Below, in pieces: positions 21,863-31,592 of a stretch of DNA of 58,269 nt; the first letter of the stretch is position 1, and each line of letters opens with the position of its first letter. The position numbers and the translations under genes were made by a program. The DNA is taken from the NCBI RefSeq assembly GCF_050436765.1, contig NZ_JBNQGD010000066.1, positions 1,105 through 59,373 on the forward strand. The letters run 5' to 3'. Source of the DNA: Arachidicoccus sp. (lineage in GTDB: Bacteria > Bacteroidota > Bacteroidia > Chitinophagales > Chitinophagaceae). The notes under the pieces are model-generated. The model saw only the letters and a program-made list of their open reading frames with translations, had not been told where the DNA came from and ran no database searches.

Positions 21863-23209
21863 ATGAAAAAATTTATTCAGACCATTAAAAATATTTGGAA
21901 TATTGATGAGTTACGTGAAAAAATAGTTTTCACTCTTTTATTAATCTTTATATTCCGATTTGGCGCACACGTAGTTTTGCCTGGTATTGATCCCAATAAA
22001 ATTCAAGCTGCGGCACAACAAACACAAAATAACGGGTTATTAGGTATGTTTGATGCCTTTGCCGGTGGTGCTTTCTCGCAGGCTGGTATTTTGGCATTAG
22101 GGGTAATGCCGTATATCTCTGCATCTATCTTTATGCAATTGATGACGGTTTTGGTCCCTCAATTACAGAAAATCCAGAAAGAAGGTAAAAGTGGTCAAAC
22201 TAAAATTAATCAGTGGACTCGCTATCTAACTGTGTTGGTTACTGCTTTTCAGGCAGTAGCTTATATTTCTTTGCTCAATAGTCCCGCCTATGCTGTTGCA
22301 TTGATTCCTTCTTATCAACCTTATTTCTTTGTATCCACCTTATTTGTATTGACATCTGGATCCTTGTTTGTGATGTGGCTAGGTGAAAAAATTCAGGACA
22401 AAGGTTTAGGTAACGGTATTTCTATCATCATTATGATTGGAATCTTATCTCGTCTACCTGAATCCCTTATCCAAGAATTTCAATCTAAACAGGTTAAAGG
22501 GGGTGGTGGATTGTTGATCTTCTTAATTGAAATAGCTTTCTATATCTTCATTAATATGGCCTTGGTAATGTTGGTAGAAGGTGTGCGGAAGGTTCCTGTG
22601 ATTTATGCTAAACAGCTGGTAGGGAATAAACAGGTTGGTGGAGCTCGACAATTTTTGCCTTTGAAAGTAAATGCTGCCGGCGTAATGCCTATCATCTTTG
22701 CTCAGGCAATTATGTTCTTACCTACTTTGGTTTCATTCACCAGCCTCGATAAGGGTGGCACAATAACGAGAATCTTTGGTGACCAGACGAATGCTTGGTA
22801 TATGATTATATATGGCGGCATGACTGTTGCATTTACCTTTTTATATACTGCGCTGATCTTTAATCCTAAGGAAATGAGTGAAGATTTAAAAAGAAACAAT
22901 GGCTTCATCCCAGGTGTTCAGCCCGGTAAACCTACAGCAGATTATATTGGCTCAATAATGGATCGAATTACTTTTCCTGGGGCCGTTGCCTTGGCGATTG
23001 CGGGTATTTTACCCGGATTTGCGCAAATGCTTGGTGTACAACAAAGCTTTAGTTATTTCTTTGGAGGAACTTCTTTGTTGATTATGGTGGCGGTAATTCT
23101 AGACACTTTGCAACAAATTGAAACCCACCTTTTAATGCGTCAATATGATGGGCTAATGAGTGGTGGTGCTCGTGTTCACGGACGTAGTAAAGTGAAGTCT
23201 GGGATATAG
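21863..23209 (+). CDS. secY: Preprotein translocase subunit SecY
   Basis: LGVMPYISASI, GLGNGISIII, AGVMPIIFA, FIPGVQPG and GGTSLLI. Confidence 0.99.
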   Translation: MKKFIQTIKNIWNIDELREKIVFTLLLIFIFRFGAHVVLPGIDPNKIQAAAQQTQNNGLLGMFDAFAGGAFSQAGILALGVMPYISASIFMQLMTVLVPQLQKIQKEGKSGQTKINQWTRYLTVLVTAFQAVAYISLLNSPAYAVALIPSYQPYFFVSTLFVLTSGSLFVMWLGEKIQDKGLGNGISIIIMIGILSRLPESLIQEFQSKQVKGGGGLLIFLIEIAFYIFINMALVMLVEGVRKVPVIYAKQLVGNKQVGGARQFLPLKVNAAGVMPIIFAQAIMFLPTLVSFTSLDKGGTITRIFGDQTNAWYMIIYGGMTVAFTFLYTALIFNPKEMSEDLKRNNGFIPGVQPGKPTADYIGSIMDRITFPGAVALAIAGILPGFAQMLGVQQSFSYFFGGTSLLIMVAVILDTLQQIETHLLMRQYDGLMSGGARVHGRSKVKSGI

Positions 23210-23229
23210 TATTCTTTCTAAAACGAATT

Positions 23230-23268
23230 AAAACCCTGTTGAAATTATCAAATTCAACGGGGTTTTTT
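23230..23268 (+). terminator. Intrinsic terminator after secY
   Basis: AAAACCCTGTTGAA...TTCAACGGGGTTTTTT. Confidence 0.8.
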
Positions 23269-23278
23269 ATGGGTGTTA

Positions 23279-23310
23279 TACCTTTGCTTTAATTCTTTGA
23301 ATTACCTTTG
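23279..23310 (+). promoter_or_regulatory. Promoter for map
   Basis: Two TACCTTTG -7 matches, at 23279-23286 and 23303-23310. Confidence 0.55.
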
Positions 23311-23360
23311 ATGCCGAAAATAATAATCTTCTACATAATTTAAACTATACTTTTCAAAAT

Positions 23361-24170
23361 ATGATTTTTTTAAAGACCAACGACGAAATAGAAATTATGC
23401 GTCAAAATGCGACGACTATCAGTCGCATTTTGGCGGAGATGGCAAAGATATTAAAGCCCGGTATGACTACGTTACAAATAGATCAAATGTGTAAAGAGAT
23501 GATTTTAGATGAGGGGGGGATTCCTACTTTTTATGATTATCATGGCTATCCGCATAATATTTGTGCGTCAGTAAACGAAGTTGTCGTACATGGTTTTCCT
23601 AATAAAACGGAACTAAAAGATGGGGACATTGTTTCGCTTGATTTAGGGATTACCAAAAATGGGTACGTAGGAGAGCATGCTTATACCTTTGTACTCGGAG
23701 AATCAACTAAAGAAAATTTGCAATTGGTAAAAGTGACTAAGGAATCTTTATATAAGGGAATTGAAAAAGCAATTGTCGGTTGCAGAGTTGGCGACATCGC
23801 ATTTGCTATTCAAGAGCATACAGAAGGAAAACATGGTTATGGTGTAGTGCGTGAATTAGTCGGTCATGGTCTGGGAAAGACGATGCACGAAGAGCCAAAT
23901 GTGCCTAATTATGGCAGGCGCGGTACAGGTATGCAATTGAAAGAGAATCTAACTATTGCAATCGAACCAATGATTAATTTAGGCAAAAGAAATGTTTATA
24001 CGGAAAAAGATGGTTGGACAATAAAAACCAGGGATGGAAAGCCGTCTGTACACTTTGAGCATAATGTATGTGTGAAGAGAAACAAGGCGCTGGTTCTTTC
24101 GGATTTCTCCATTATTGAAGCTGCCGAAAAAACAAATGCCAATTTGAATACTTCGTACGAAACGTTGTAA
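23361..24170 (+). CDS. map: Methionine aminopeptidase type I
   Basis: SVNEVVVHG, GHGLGKTMHEEP, AIEPMIN and HFEH. Confidence 0.96.
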   Translation: MIFLKTNDEIEIMRQNATTISRILAEMAKILKPGMTTLQIDQMCKEMILDEGGIPTFYDYHGYPHNICASVNEVVVHGFPNKTELKDGDIVSLDLGITKNGYVGEHAYTFVLGESTKENLQLVKVTKESLYKGIEKAIVGCRVGDIAFAIQEHTEGKHGYGVVRELVGHGLGKTMHEEPNVPNYGRRGTGMQLKENLTIAIEPMINLGKRNVYTEKDGWTIKTRDGKPSVHFEHNVCVKRNKALVLSDFSIIEAAEKTNANLNTSYETL

Positions 24171-24189
24171 CATTTTCAACTTATAAACA

Positions 24190-25431
24190 TTGCAACATTT
24201 TAATGAGGAGAAAACTTTAATTGTAATCGGTGGGGGGGCAGCTGGATTTTTCTGTGCGGTGAATGCTGCACGACTTGCACCCAAATTGAAAGTTATTATT
24301 CTTGAGAAATCATCTAAGGTTTTGGCCAAGGTGAAGGTGAGTGGTGGTGGGCGCTGTAATGTAACCCATCATTGTTTTGATGTAAACGAATTGATTAAAA
24401 AATATCCGCGCGGAAAGAATTTTCTCAAAAAAGAATTATTTCAATTTACACCGAAAGATACTGTCGAATGGTTTGAAAGGCGGGGTATCGCGTTAAAGAC
24501 CGAAGCTGATGGAAGAATGTTCCCTGTTACTAATTCTTCTCAAAGTATTATTGATTGCTTGTTACAGGAAGCAACAAAATATAAAGTGCATCTTCGCCTC
24601 TACAGTTCTGTTCAAAAGATTTTCAAAGACGAAAATAAATGGATCGTCGATTTAGGAATGGAGAAATTGCAAGCCGACTTTATTTGTGTGGCTTGTGGTG
24701 GCTTTCCTAAGCTACAACAGTTTGACTGGCTCCAAAATTTGCAACACAAAATAGACCCGCCGGTTCCGTCGCTTTTTACTTTTAATATTCCGGGTAATTC
24801 TGTTACATCTTTAATGGGCGTCAGTGTACAGCGCGCGCAGGTAAAAGTATTGGGTACAAAATTAAACGAAGAAGGTCCATTGATGATAACGCATTGGGGA
24901 ATGAGTGGGCCGGTGGTTTTGCGTTTATCGGCTTGGGGTGCAAGAACTTTAGCAGAACAAAATTATCATTATAAAATACACGTCAATTGGTTACCCGATT
25001 TTAAAGAACATACTTTGCGGGAAGAATGGAATTTCATAAGAAATAAACATGCTGCACAGAAAATGAATGATAAAAACCCTTTTGAATTACCCAAAAGGTT
25101 ATGGCAATATTTTTTAGAGAAAGCCGAAATCCCACTTGAAATGTTTTGGTCGAAATTGCCTTCCAAACAACAAAATAAATTGATACAAATTTTAATTGCC
25201 GATGAATATGAAGTGCATGGTAAAACTACTTTTAAAGAAGAGTTTGTAACCTGCGGTGGCATTGCACTTAATGAAATAGATGCCCAAACGATGCAAAGTA
25301 AATTGCACGAAAATCTCTTCTTCGCCGGAGAAATTCTAGATGTGGATGGTATTACGGGTGGTTTTAATTTTCAACACGCATGGGCGAGTGGATGGGTCGC
25401 GGCCAAAAATATTGTAATCAAAGCCGATTAA
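24190..25431 (+). CDS. HI0933/YhiN/BaiN-family FAD-dependent oxidoreductase
   Basis: IGGGAAG, SGGGRCNVT, GRMFP, ITHWGMSGP, VTCGGI and GEILDVDGITGGFNFQ. Confidence 0.92.
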   Translation: MQHFNEEKTLIVIGGGAAGFFCAVNAARLAPKLKVIILEKSSKVLAKVKVSGGGRCNVTHHCFDVNELIKKYPRGKNFLKKELFQFTPKDTVEWFERRGIALKTEADGRMFPVTNSSQSIIDCLLQEATKYKVHLRLYSSVQKIFKDENKWIVDLGMEKLQADFICVACGGFPKLQQFDWLQNLQHKIDPPVPSLFTFNIPGNSVTSLMGVSVQRAQVKVLGTKLNEEGPLMITHWGMSGPVVLRLSAWGARTLAEQNYHYKIHVNWLPDFKEHTLREEWNFIRNKHAAQKMNDKNPFELPKRLWQYFLEKAEIPLEMFWSKLPSKQQNKLIQILIADEYEVHGKTTFKEEFVTCGGIALNEIDAQTMQSKLHENLFFAGEILDVDGITGGFNFQHAWASGWVAAKNIVIKAD

Positions 25432-27605
25432 CCATTTCCTACTAAATCTTTCCAGTAAAGGCTATACAGATTTTCTGATTGCAACAATTCCTTGTGATTA
25501 CCCGAAACAGTAATAAGCCCTTTGTCAATTACAAAAATTTTGTCGCAAATTGTTTTTAAAACATGTAAACGGTGAGTGATAAAAATGATAGCCATTTCTG
25601 CTTTTAACCGTACCAATAATTTCAATAAAAATTTTTCCGCATTTCTGTCCAATGCAGCATTGGCCTCGTCTAAGATGAGTAATTGCGGTTGGTGGTACAA
25701 TGCTCGCGCGATGCCTATCAATTGTTTTTGCCCGCCCGAAAGATTAATGCCTTCTTCACCCACAATGGTTGAGTAGGATTGTGGTAAAGTTTCTATCCAT
25801 TCTGCAAACCCATAATTTTGTAAGAAAGCCACCACTTTTTCTGGGTGATTTTGTACATCGTCAAAGGCAATGTTTTCCAAAACAGAAGCATTGAAAATAT
25901 GAATATTTTGTGGCACTACACTTATTATTTTTCGCCAAGATTCGATAGAAATATTATTTAAATCTTCTTTTTCGTTTATCAATATTTTTCCACTTTCTGG
26001 CAGATAATTTCTGGCAATAATTTCGCCGATTGTGCTTTTGCCACTCCCGTTTTCGCCCATTAGCGCAATCATTTCGCCTTTGCGTATTTCAAAAGAAATA
26101 TTCTTTAAAAGCGGCGAACGACCTGGGAAACGAAAAGAAATATTTTCGAGACGGAGTTGATTAAAATTTACAATCTCCATTCCTTTATCTTTCTCCGGTT
26201 CTACACCGGTAAATTCAAACATACGGTCGAATGCAATCTTTGCTTCATTGAGTGGAATGCTTACCAATGCAAGATTGGCTACACTTGGCAAAAGAGTAGA
26301 TGCCATGCCCAATACCGCCATTAATTCTCCGGCTTTCATTCCGCCCATCATCACACGATAGCCGCAATACAAAACAATGCAAATCAAAAAAAGTACGCCA
26401 AAAGCATTGGCTATAAAAGAAAGCTGTATTTGTATGCCGCCCAATTGATAAATATTTCCCTGATAATTTCCATAGATGGTTTTATTGGTATGTTCAAATA
26501 ATGGCTGCTTGTTGTGATTTTTTATGGCGCTTATTCCTTGTAAGGTAGAGATGTAATTGGATTCGCTCATAGCGTAACTACTCATAATAGCACGTTGTCC
26601 CACTACAATAGGTTTGTTGAATTTGTAAATCAATAAAAAATAAAAAGGCAATACAATTACGCAAAACAGACCAACCTGCCGGGAATAGGCAAATAAAAAT
26701 ATTATGGTAATAATGGTAACAAGTGCATTAATTACCGTACCTCCAATTAACTGGCTGATTACTTTTTGAATACGCGCCGTATCATTGAGCCTTGCCGTAA
26801 ACTCGCCTATTTTTCTGGTATCAAAAAACGCTTTGGGCAATTGCAACAAGCGGCTGTAAAATTTATCGATAATGCGGTTGTTGAAATCTTTGTTTTGCCG
26901 CAGTAGAAAATAGCGTCTTAAATAACTTAATCCTTCTTTGATTAATAAGATGATAAAAACCAAAGCACAACCCAAATACAGTTTGGTAAATGCTTTTTTA
27001 GGCAATACATCATCTATCAGCCTTTGTGAAAAAATAGCCATGGTTACACCCAATAGGGCAATGGCTATGCCTAAGCCTACCGCAATAGCGAGTATGGGTT
27101 TATCTTCTTTTATAAGCTTTTTAAACCATTCTCTTTTCTTTTTACTAATGGTTCTGTTGGGAAGAAAATGCGCATTGGTTTCCAAAGTAAGGCAGGTTTT
27201 TGATTGCCATATTTTCTCCACTTGCTGTTGCGACAAATATACAATGCCTTTGGCAGGATCGCCGATGATAAATTTCAATTCATTATTTTGAAGCGTTGTA
27301 CCAAAACAAACAATGTAATGCTCCAATTTTTCTTCTATTAATACGTGCAATATCAACGGAGACGGATGCGCCAATAGTGCCGCCATATCTGCCTCGCAGC
27401 CTTGCGCATCAAAGCCGGTAGCCATAGCCGCTTGGTATATACCCAATAAAGTTGTACCTGTGGTTTTGGTGCCACTCCATTCGCGCAACTTTTCTAAGGA
27501 CACATAACCACCGTAGTATTGAATAATGCTTTGCAGACAAGCAACACCGCAATCACTTTCGCCTTGCTGCTGCACCATTATTTTTCTCAATTGTTTTTCG
27601 TTCAT
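25428..27605 (-). CDS. Peptidase C39-containing ABC transporter (double-glycine peptide processing and export)
   Basis: N-terminal QQGESDCGVACL (catalytic Cys), HYIV and GDPA; TM domain; GENGSGKST, LSGGQKQ and LILDEA. Confidence 0.95.
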   Translation of the reverse strand: MNEKQLRKIMVQQQGESDCGVACLQSIIQYYGGYVSLEKLREWSGTKTTGTTLLGIYQAAMATGFDAQGCEADMAALLAHPSPLILHVLIEEKLEHYIVCFGTTLQNNELKFIIGDPAKGIVYLSQQQVEKIWQSKTCLTLETNAHFLPNRTISKKKREWFKKLIKEDKPILAIAVGLGIAIALLGVTMAIFSQRLIDDVLPKKAFTKLYLGCALVFIILLIKEGLSYLRRYFLLRQNKDFNNRIIDKFYSRLLQLPKAFFDTRKIGEFTARLNDTARIQKVISQLIGGTVINALVTIITIIFLFAYSRQVGLFCVIVLPFYFLLIYKFNKPIVVGQRAIMSSYAMSESNYISTLQGISAIKNHNKQPLFEHTNKTIYGNYQGNIYQLGGIQIQLSFIANAFGVLFLICIVLYCGYRVMMGGMKAGELMAVLGMASTLLPSVANLALVSIPLNEAKIAFDRMFEFTGVEPEKDKGMEIVNFNQLRLENISFRFPGRSPLLKNISFEIRKGEMIALMGENGSGKSTIGEIIARNYLPESGKILINEKEDLNNISIESWRKIISVVPQNIHIFNASVLENIAFDDVQNHPEKVVAFLQNYGFAEWIETLPQSYSTIVGEEGINLSGGQKQLIGIARALYHQPQLLILDEANAALDRNAEKFLLKLLVRLKAEMAIIFITHRLHVLKTICDKIFVIDKGLITVSGNHKELLQSENLYSLYWKDLVGNG

Positions 27606-27629
27606 TGTAATGATCTAGAATTTTTTGTT

Positions 27630-27826
27630 GTCATTGCCGCGAAGGCGGCAATCTTTACAAATTTGATAACAAATAGACGGGAATACGGAGACTTTCGGTC
27701 GTCATTGCGAGGAGGAGGAGGTACGACGACGTGGCAATCTTATTCTTATATATTTTGAGATTACTTCCGTCGTTTCTCCTTGTAATGACGTAGTATTTTT
27801 TCGTCATTACGGTGAACCGGCGATCT
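27630..27826. repeat. Cluster of REP/MITE-like palindromic elements (GTCATTGC...GCAATCT type)
   Basis: GTCATTGCCGCGAAGGCGGCAATCT (27630-27654); GTCATTGCGAGG...GGCAATCT with inverted partner GAGATTAC...GTAATGAC (27701-27789); GTCATTAC...GGCGATCT (27803-27826). Confidence 0.7.
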
Positions 27827-27839
27827 CCACCAAGACACA

Positions 27840-28352
27840 TCAATCCGCTAATAAATTATCTATCCTCGTTTCACCTTTGATGCTTTTGACCAACCGATTA
27901 TTTTTATACACATAAAACGAAGGCACTAAAGAAGAACCGAATATATTGTAAAATTCGTCTTTGGTATCTAACAACAAATGTACATTGCTGAGTGAATCCA
28001 AACCGTAAGTTTTTGCAAACTGTGCTACCGAACTACTGTCGCCGAAAGGCGTAACCATGAGTATTTCCGCGCCTTGCAACCGCGTTTTATTTTTTACAAT
28101 ACTTTGTGCCATATACTGGCAATGTTCGCAGTCGGGGCTGAACAGTTGAAGGATAACCCTGCCCAGTGTATCGGCTATATTTTGTTTACTAAATCCTTTA
28201 TGCGACACCGTTTGAAAATTAAACTGAGGAATGGTTGCGGTATTCTCTGCAACTTGTTCTTTGAACTGAATTTTGTGTACAATTTTGTAAACAAAATAAC
28301 TCAGAAGCAACAATACAATGACTGCAATACATATTTTCGAAAATTTTTTCAT
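27840..28352 (-). CDS. Membrane-anchored thioredoxin-fold thiol-disulfide oxidoreductase (TlpA/ResA-like)
   Basis: N-terminal TM helix, FSPDCEHC (CxxC) and a cis-Pro-like LVPSF motif. Start likely MKKFSK at 28352. Confidence 0.85.
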   Translation of the reverse strand: MKKFSKICIAVIVLLLLSYFVYKIVHKIQFKEQVAENTATIPQFNFQTVSHKGFSKQNIADTLGRVILQLFSPDCEHCQYMAQSIVKNKTRLQGAEILMVTPFGDSSSVAQFAKTYGLDSLSNVHLLLDTKDEFYNIFGSSLVPSFYVYKNNRLVKSIKGETRIDNLLAD

Positions 28353-28469
28353 ACAAAGAGGTTGATTAATTTTTTTGGATTGTCCGCCCGGCTGTTCCAT
28401 TCAGATGCGCTTCGATCTTATTCTCCCCATGATGAAAAAAACGCAAATGTCGGTATCCGACATCAGAAA

Positions 28470-28640
28470 AAAGGCGTTAAGAAAGTGATGCGGCAATACG
28501 AAGAAAATTTATACTGTTTGATGTGCATAGCACCGAGTTTATAAATTTTCCGTTGAGCCAATCATTTTTATTTTTTTTTCTGCAGCCTCGATCTTTTGTT
28601 TCTTTTCTATCAAGAGAAAAGAAAAATAAAAAAATTACTT
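28470..28640 (-). repeat. Probable non-coding repeated/MITE-like element
   Basis: Minus strand TTCTTTTCTCTTGATAGAAAAGAA hairpin followed by ACAAAAGATCGAGGCTG, then AAATTTATAAACTC...AAACAGTATAAATTTT. Resembles intergenic elements I recall from Bacteroidota genomes; only one copy in the window. Confidence 0.4.
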
Positions 28641-28718
28641 CGCTCGCGCCCCTTAAGCAACCCGGCATAAAGCATGCTTCTCAACTCTCATTACTAATAT
28701 AAAACCCCGTTCAGACAA

Positions 28719-29363
28719 TTAACTCAATTGCAATTGAATAAATACGATAATTACGGACCATATTAGCAAAGCCACTCCGTAGCTGGAAGCCACCGTTTTC
28801 AGGCTTTTGCCAAATTTAAAATTGGTAAAAGCCATAATACCATAAGCCAACACCAACCAATAAGCGACCTCAAACACATTGAACAATTGTATAGGATAAA
28901 AAAGATATTTGGGTAATGTATTTGCATTGAATAATTGCGTGATGGACAATGGACTGAAATACTGCATGTCTGCAACGTTAGCAGGCTTATATATAAGCAG
29001 CCATGCCACTCTTACCAACATTGCCACCACTGAAACCAGCTCGGCAATGACCACTATTTTTAAACAGTTTTTGTAGCTAACTTCTTGGTTAAAAAGATAG
29101 AGGCCTATAAAAACTACTCCTGCAATAATCCAAAGTTTGAGCAATAACAGTATGGGAGAAAACAAATAGCCCCAAAGTTGGTACTTGTGTTGTAAGAAAA
29201 TTAATTCTGTTATACGGTCTATAGCTAGCTTATCGGATAAAGTAGTATAGTAAAAACTATTGGTAAACATAAAAGTATTGGTTACATAAGTAGTGCCTGC
29301 GTATAACAATATGATCAATAGGAGTAAATGCCAAAATTTGAAATTGTATAATTCTTTATTCAT
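28719..29363 (-). CDS. Polytopic membrane protein (Yip1-like) of the peptide cluster
   Basis: 214 aa with about five hydrophobic helices and an NVFEVAYW motif; co-oriented within the cluster. Confidence 0.7.
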   Translation of the reverse strand: MNKELYNFKFWHLLLLIILLYAGTTYVTNTFMFTNSFYYTTLSDKLAIDRITELIFLQHKYQLWGYLFSPILLLLKLWIIAGVVFIGLYLFNQEVSYKNCLKIVVIAELVSVVAMLVRVAWLLIYKPANVADMQYFSPLSITQLFNANTLPKYLFYPIQLFNVFEVAYWLVLAYGIMAFTNFKFGKSLKTVASSYGVALLIWSVIIVFIQLQLS

Positions 29364-29376
29364 AAAGATTGGGATA

Positions 29377-30747
29377 TTAAAATGACCGTTTATTCAACAT
29401 TTTCTCTTTTAATTTATTGACGAAGTATTTTTCGTTTTTCAGAACAACAATAAGTAACACGCCACTACAAAGTAAAGCACCTATTATTGTTGCGATGTAA
29501 TATTGGGTTGAGTAAAAAGCTCCGAGTATTGTACAGAGTAGAAATAACAACAATATGTAAGCAAGAGAAGTTCTTCTTCCAAGTTTCCCAAAACTATAAT
29601 TTTTTTCAACTATAAAATATTGTGTGTATGCACTTATAACACCTATCGGGGCAAACAAAAAACAGGATATAAGAAATAAGATCTCAATTTTTATAGTCAA
29701 TAGATGAAAGAAAAGTAGAAAAACATTAATTATTATAAAATTTAATAACAAGGGAATAATAAGCAATGATATATATACTTTAATTGAATCTATTAATTTA
29801 GATTTAATAATTAATTGATTAATTTGTAAGTCTGAATAATAACCCCAAAGATTATTATATATATATGTAAACAGAATAGTTGGAAGAAAAAATGCAGAAA
29901 AAAATGGCAGAGCCTTAAATAGATATTCGAGAGAATGAATTTTTAATCTAATTTTGGGAGATGCTAAAACTAAAGCAGGAAATAAAAACTGAATGATACT
30001 CCCTATTAAAAGGTAAAGTATAAAAACTCTATTTCTAATCAGTAATTTCCATATTATTCTCCAATAACTTCTTTTAATATTCTTCTGTACTTTTCTCCGT
30101 TTGGGTATAGCAATTTCTTTGTCTTGATAAAAGAAATAATAGGTGAAAAATAAACTTATATTTACCGCAGCAAAAAAAACAATAGGGTTGATGCGCAACC
30201 AATAAAGATTATTGTTGGCGTAGCACAATCCAAACAAAATGAACAGCAAGAACAACTGTATATATTTTTGCCAGGAAAGCGCATTGATAAAATTTTCGGC
30301 AAATAACATTCCTGCCAACCAGTACAGCAGTAATTTAAAAAGTTCGATAGCGGGAAGACTTTGTGCTGAAAAATAAAAAATAAATACAAAAAATAACAGG
30401 ATAAAATAGATAGTCCTATTCAATGAAAAAGCAATTAAATCAATGGTTGTTTTTTGGATTTTACTCAATGGATATTGCGGAGCAACCATCACTTTTTTTA
30501 AAGAAAAGGAAGGAAAGAACTTATAAATAATGGGTATTAAAAGCAACGAAAAAAAAACGCTGTTTAGCAGCAATGCGGCCTTATCTGATTTAGTAGCATT
30601 GTACATAAAACCTGCGAAAAATGCATAGACCAATAACAATAAAGTATAAAAAGCATTACCCAAAATACTCTTCCAGTTGTTTACGTGAAAGTAAGATTGG
30701 AGCTTTCTTTTGAGCAGAAATAAAATAATTTTCATAAGTCTATACAA
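29377..30747 (-). CDS. Putative ABC transporter permease (about 12 TM), possible immunity or export
   Basis: Very hydrophobic and AT-rich; start overlaps the stop of the ABC ATPase. Confidence 0.7.
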   Translation of the reverse strand: MYRLMKIILFLLKRKLQSYFHVNNWKSILGNAFYTLLLLVYAFFAGFMYNATKSDKAALLLNSVFFSLLLIPIIYKFFPSFSLKKVMVAPQYPLSKIQKTTIDLIAFSLNRTIYFILLFFVFIFYFSAQSLPAIELFKLLLYWLAGMLFAENFINALSWQKYIQLFLLFILFGLCYANNNLYWLRINPIVFFAAVNISLFFTYYFFYQDKEIAIPKRRKVQKNIKRSYWRIIWKLLIRNRVFILYLLIGSIIQFLFPALVLASPKIRLKIHSLEYLFKALPFFSAFFLPTILFTYIYNNLWGYYSDLQINQLIIKSKLIDSIKVYISLLIIPLLLNFIIINVFLLFFHLLTIKIEILFLISCFLFAPIGVISAYTQYFIVEKNYSFGKLGRRTSLAYILLLFLLCTILGAFYSTQYYIATIIGALLCSGVLLIVVLKNEKYFVNKLKEKMLNKRSF

Positions 30748-31498
30748 TTGCGTTTAACAAAGAATGATCTTGGTTTTCGGGCTGTAAATATTTCAGCAAT
30801 TCGCCATCAATGGAGGCTGTCCCGTTCTCTTTAAAATCGGTGAGCGAGCCATTAAAAATCAATTCTTGATTGTGCAGAACGCCAATATGTGTAGCAATTT
30901 TATCTACGTACAACAAATCGTGCGATGATACGATAATCACCCGTTCCGGAGCTTTATACGCATTGATAAAACTGCATAATTTCTTGGAAGCCACCGGGTC
31001 GAGATTGGCGAAGGGTTCATCCAGAATCAGCAGATTGGGTCTGTGCAAAACTGCCGCGCAGATGGATAATTTTTTGCGCATACCGCTCGAAAAGTTTTTG
31101 GTCAATTTCAGCAGATCGTCTTCATCCTCAAAAAAATATTCCAAGATTTTTTCTATTCTTTGCAGCAGTTCCACCTTATCCATATCGTAGAGCAAACCTA
31201 TCCAATATAGATAGTCAACCGCATCCAGTTCGCCAACAATTTGGTCAAACTCACTTTGGATGCCCATTTGTTTTTTAATGGCTAATTCATTCTCTTGATA
31301 ATTCAAACCATCAATATTTACAGCACCTTTAGACGGTTCTATAATATTAACAATAATATTGAGCAGCGTACTTTTGCCCGCACCATTCTTGCCGAGTAGG
31401 CAATAAGTTGTATTATTTTCAATTGTAAGATTAAGGTTGTTTAATACGATATTTTCTCTGTATGCTTTGCTTAATTCTTTTATGTATACCCTCATCAT
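30740..31498 (-). CDS. ABC transporter ATP-binding protein
   Basis: GKNGAGKST, FSSGMRKK, LILDEP and SSH. Confidence 0.93.
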   Translation of the reverse strand: MMRVYIKELSKAYRENIVLNNLNLTIENNTTYCLLGKNGAGKSTLLNIIVNIIEPSKGAVNIDGLNYQENELAIKKQMGIQSEFDQIVGELDAVDYLYWIGLLYDMDKVELLQRIEKILEYFFEDEDDLLKLTKNFSSGMRKKLSICAAVLHRPNLLILDEPFANLDPVASKKLCSFINAYKAPERVIIVSSHDLLYVDKIATHIGVLHNQELIFNGSLTDFKENGTASIDGELLKYLQPENQDHSLLNAIV

Positions 31499-31547
31499 AT
31501 AGTAATCTTCCTTGTTATTTAAGAACAGGTGGATAAAATCTATTTAG

Positions 31548-31588
31548 AAATCTAATTGTAAAGAGATGTACTCTTTACAATTAGATTT
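31548..31588 (-). terminator. Perfect 18-bp stem-loop right after the precursor peptide gene
   Basis: AAATCTAATTGTAAAGAG-atgta-CTCTTTACAATTAGATTT. Confidence 0.8.
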
Positions 31589-31592
31589 TTTG

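Noticed and set aside
27655-28668. Short ORFs at 27655-27843, 28074-28544 and 28477-28668
   Set aside because: They are translations of palindromic repeat DNA or antisense to the thioredoxin gene.
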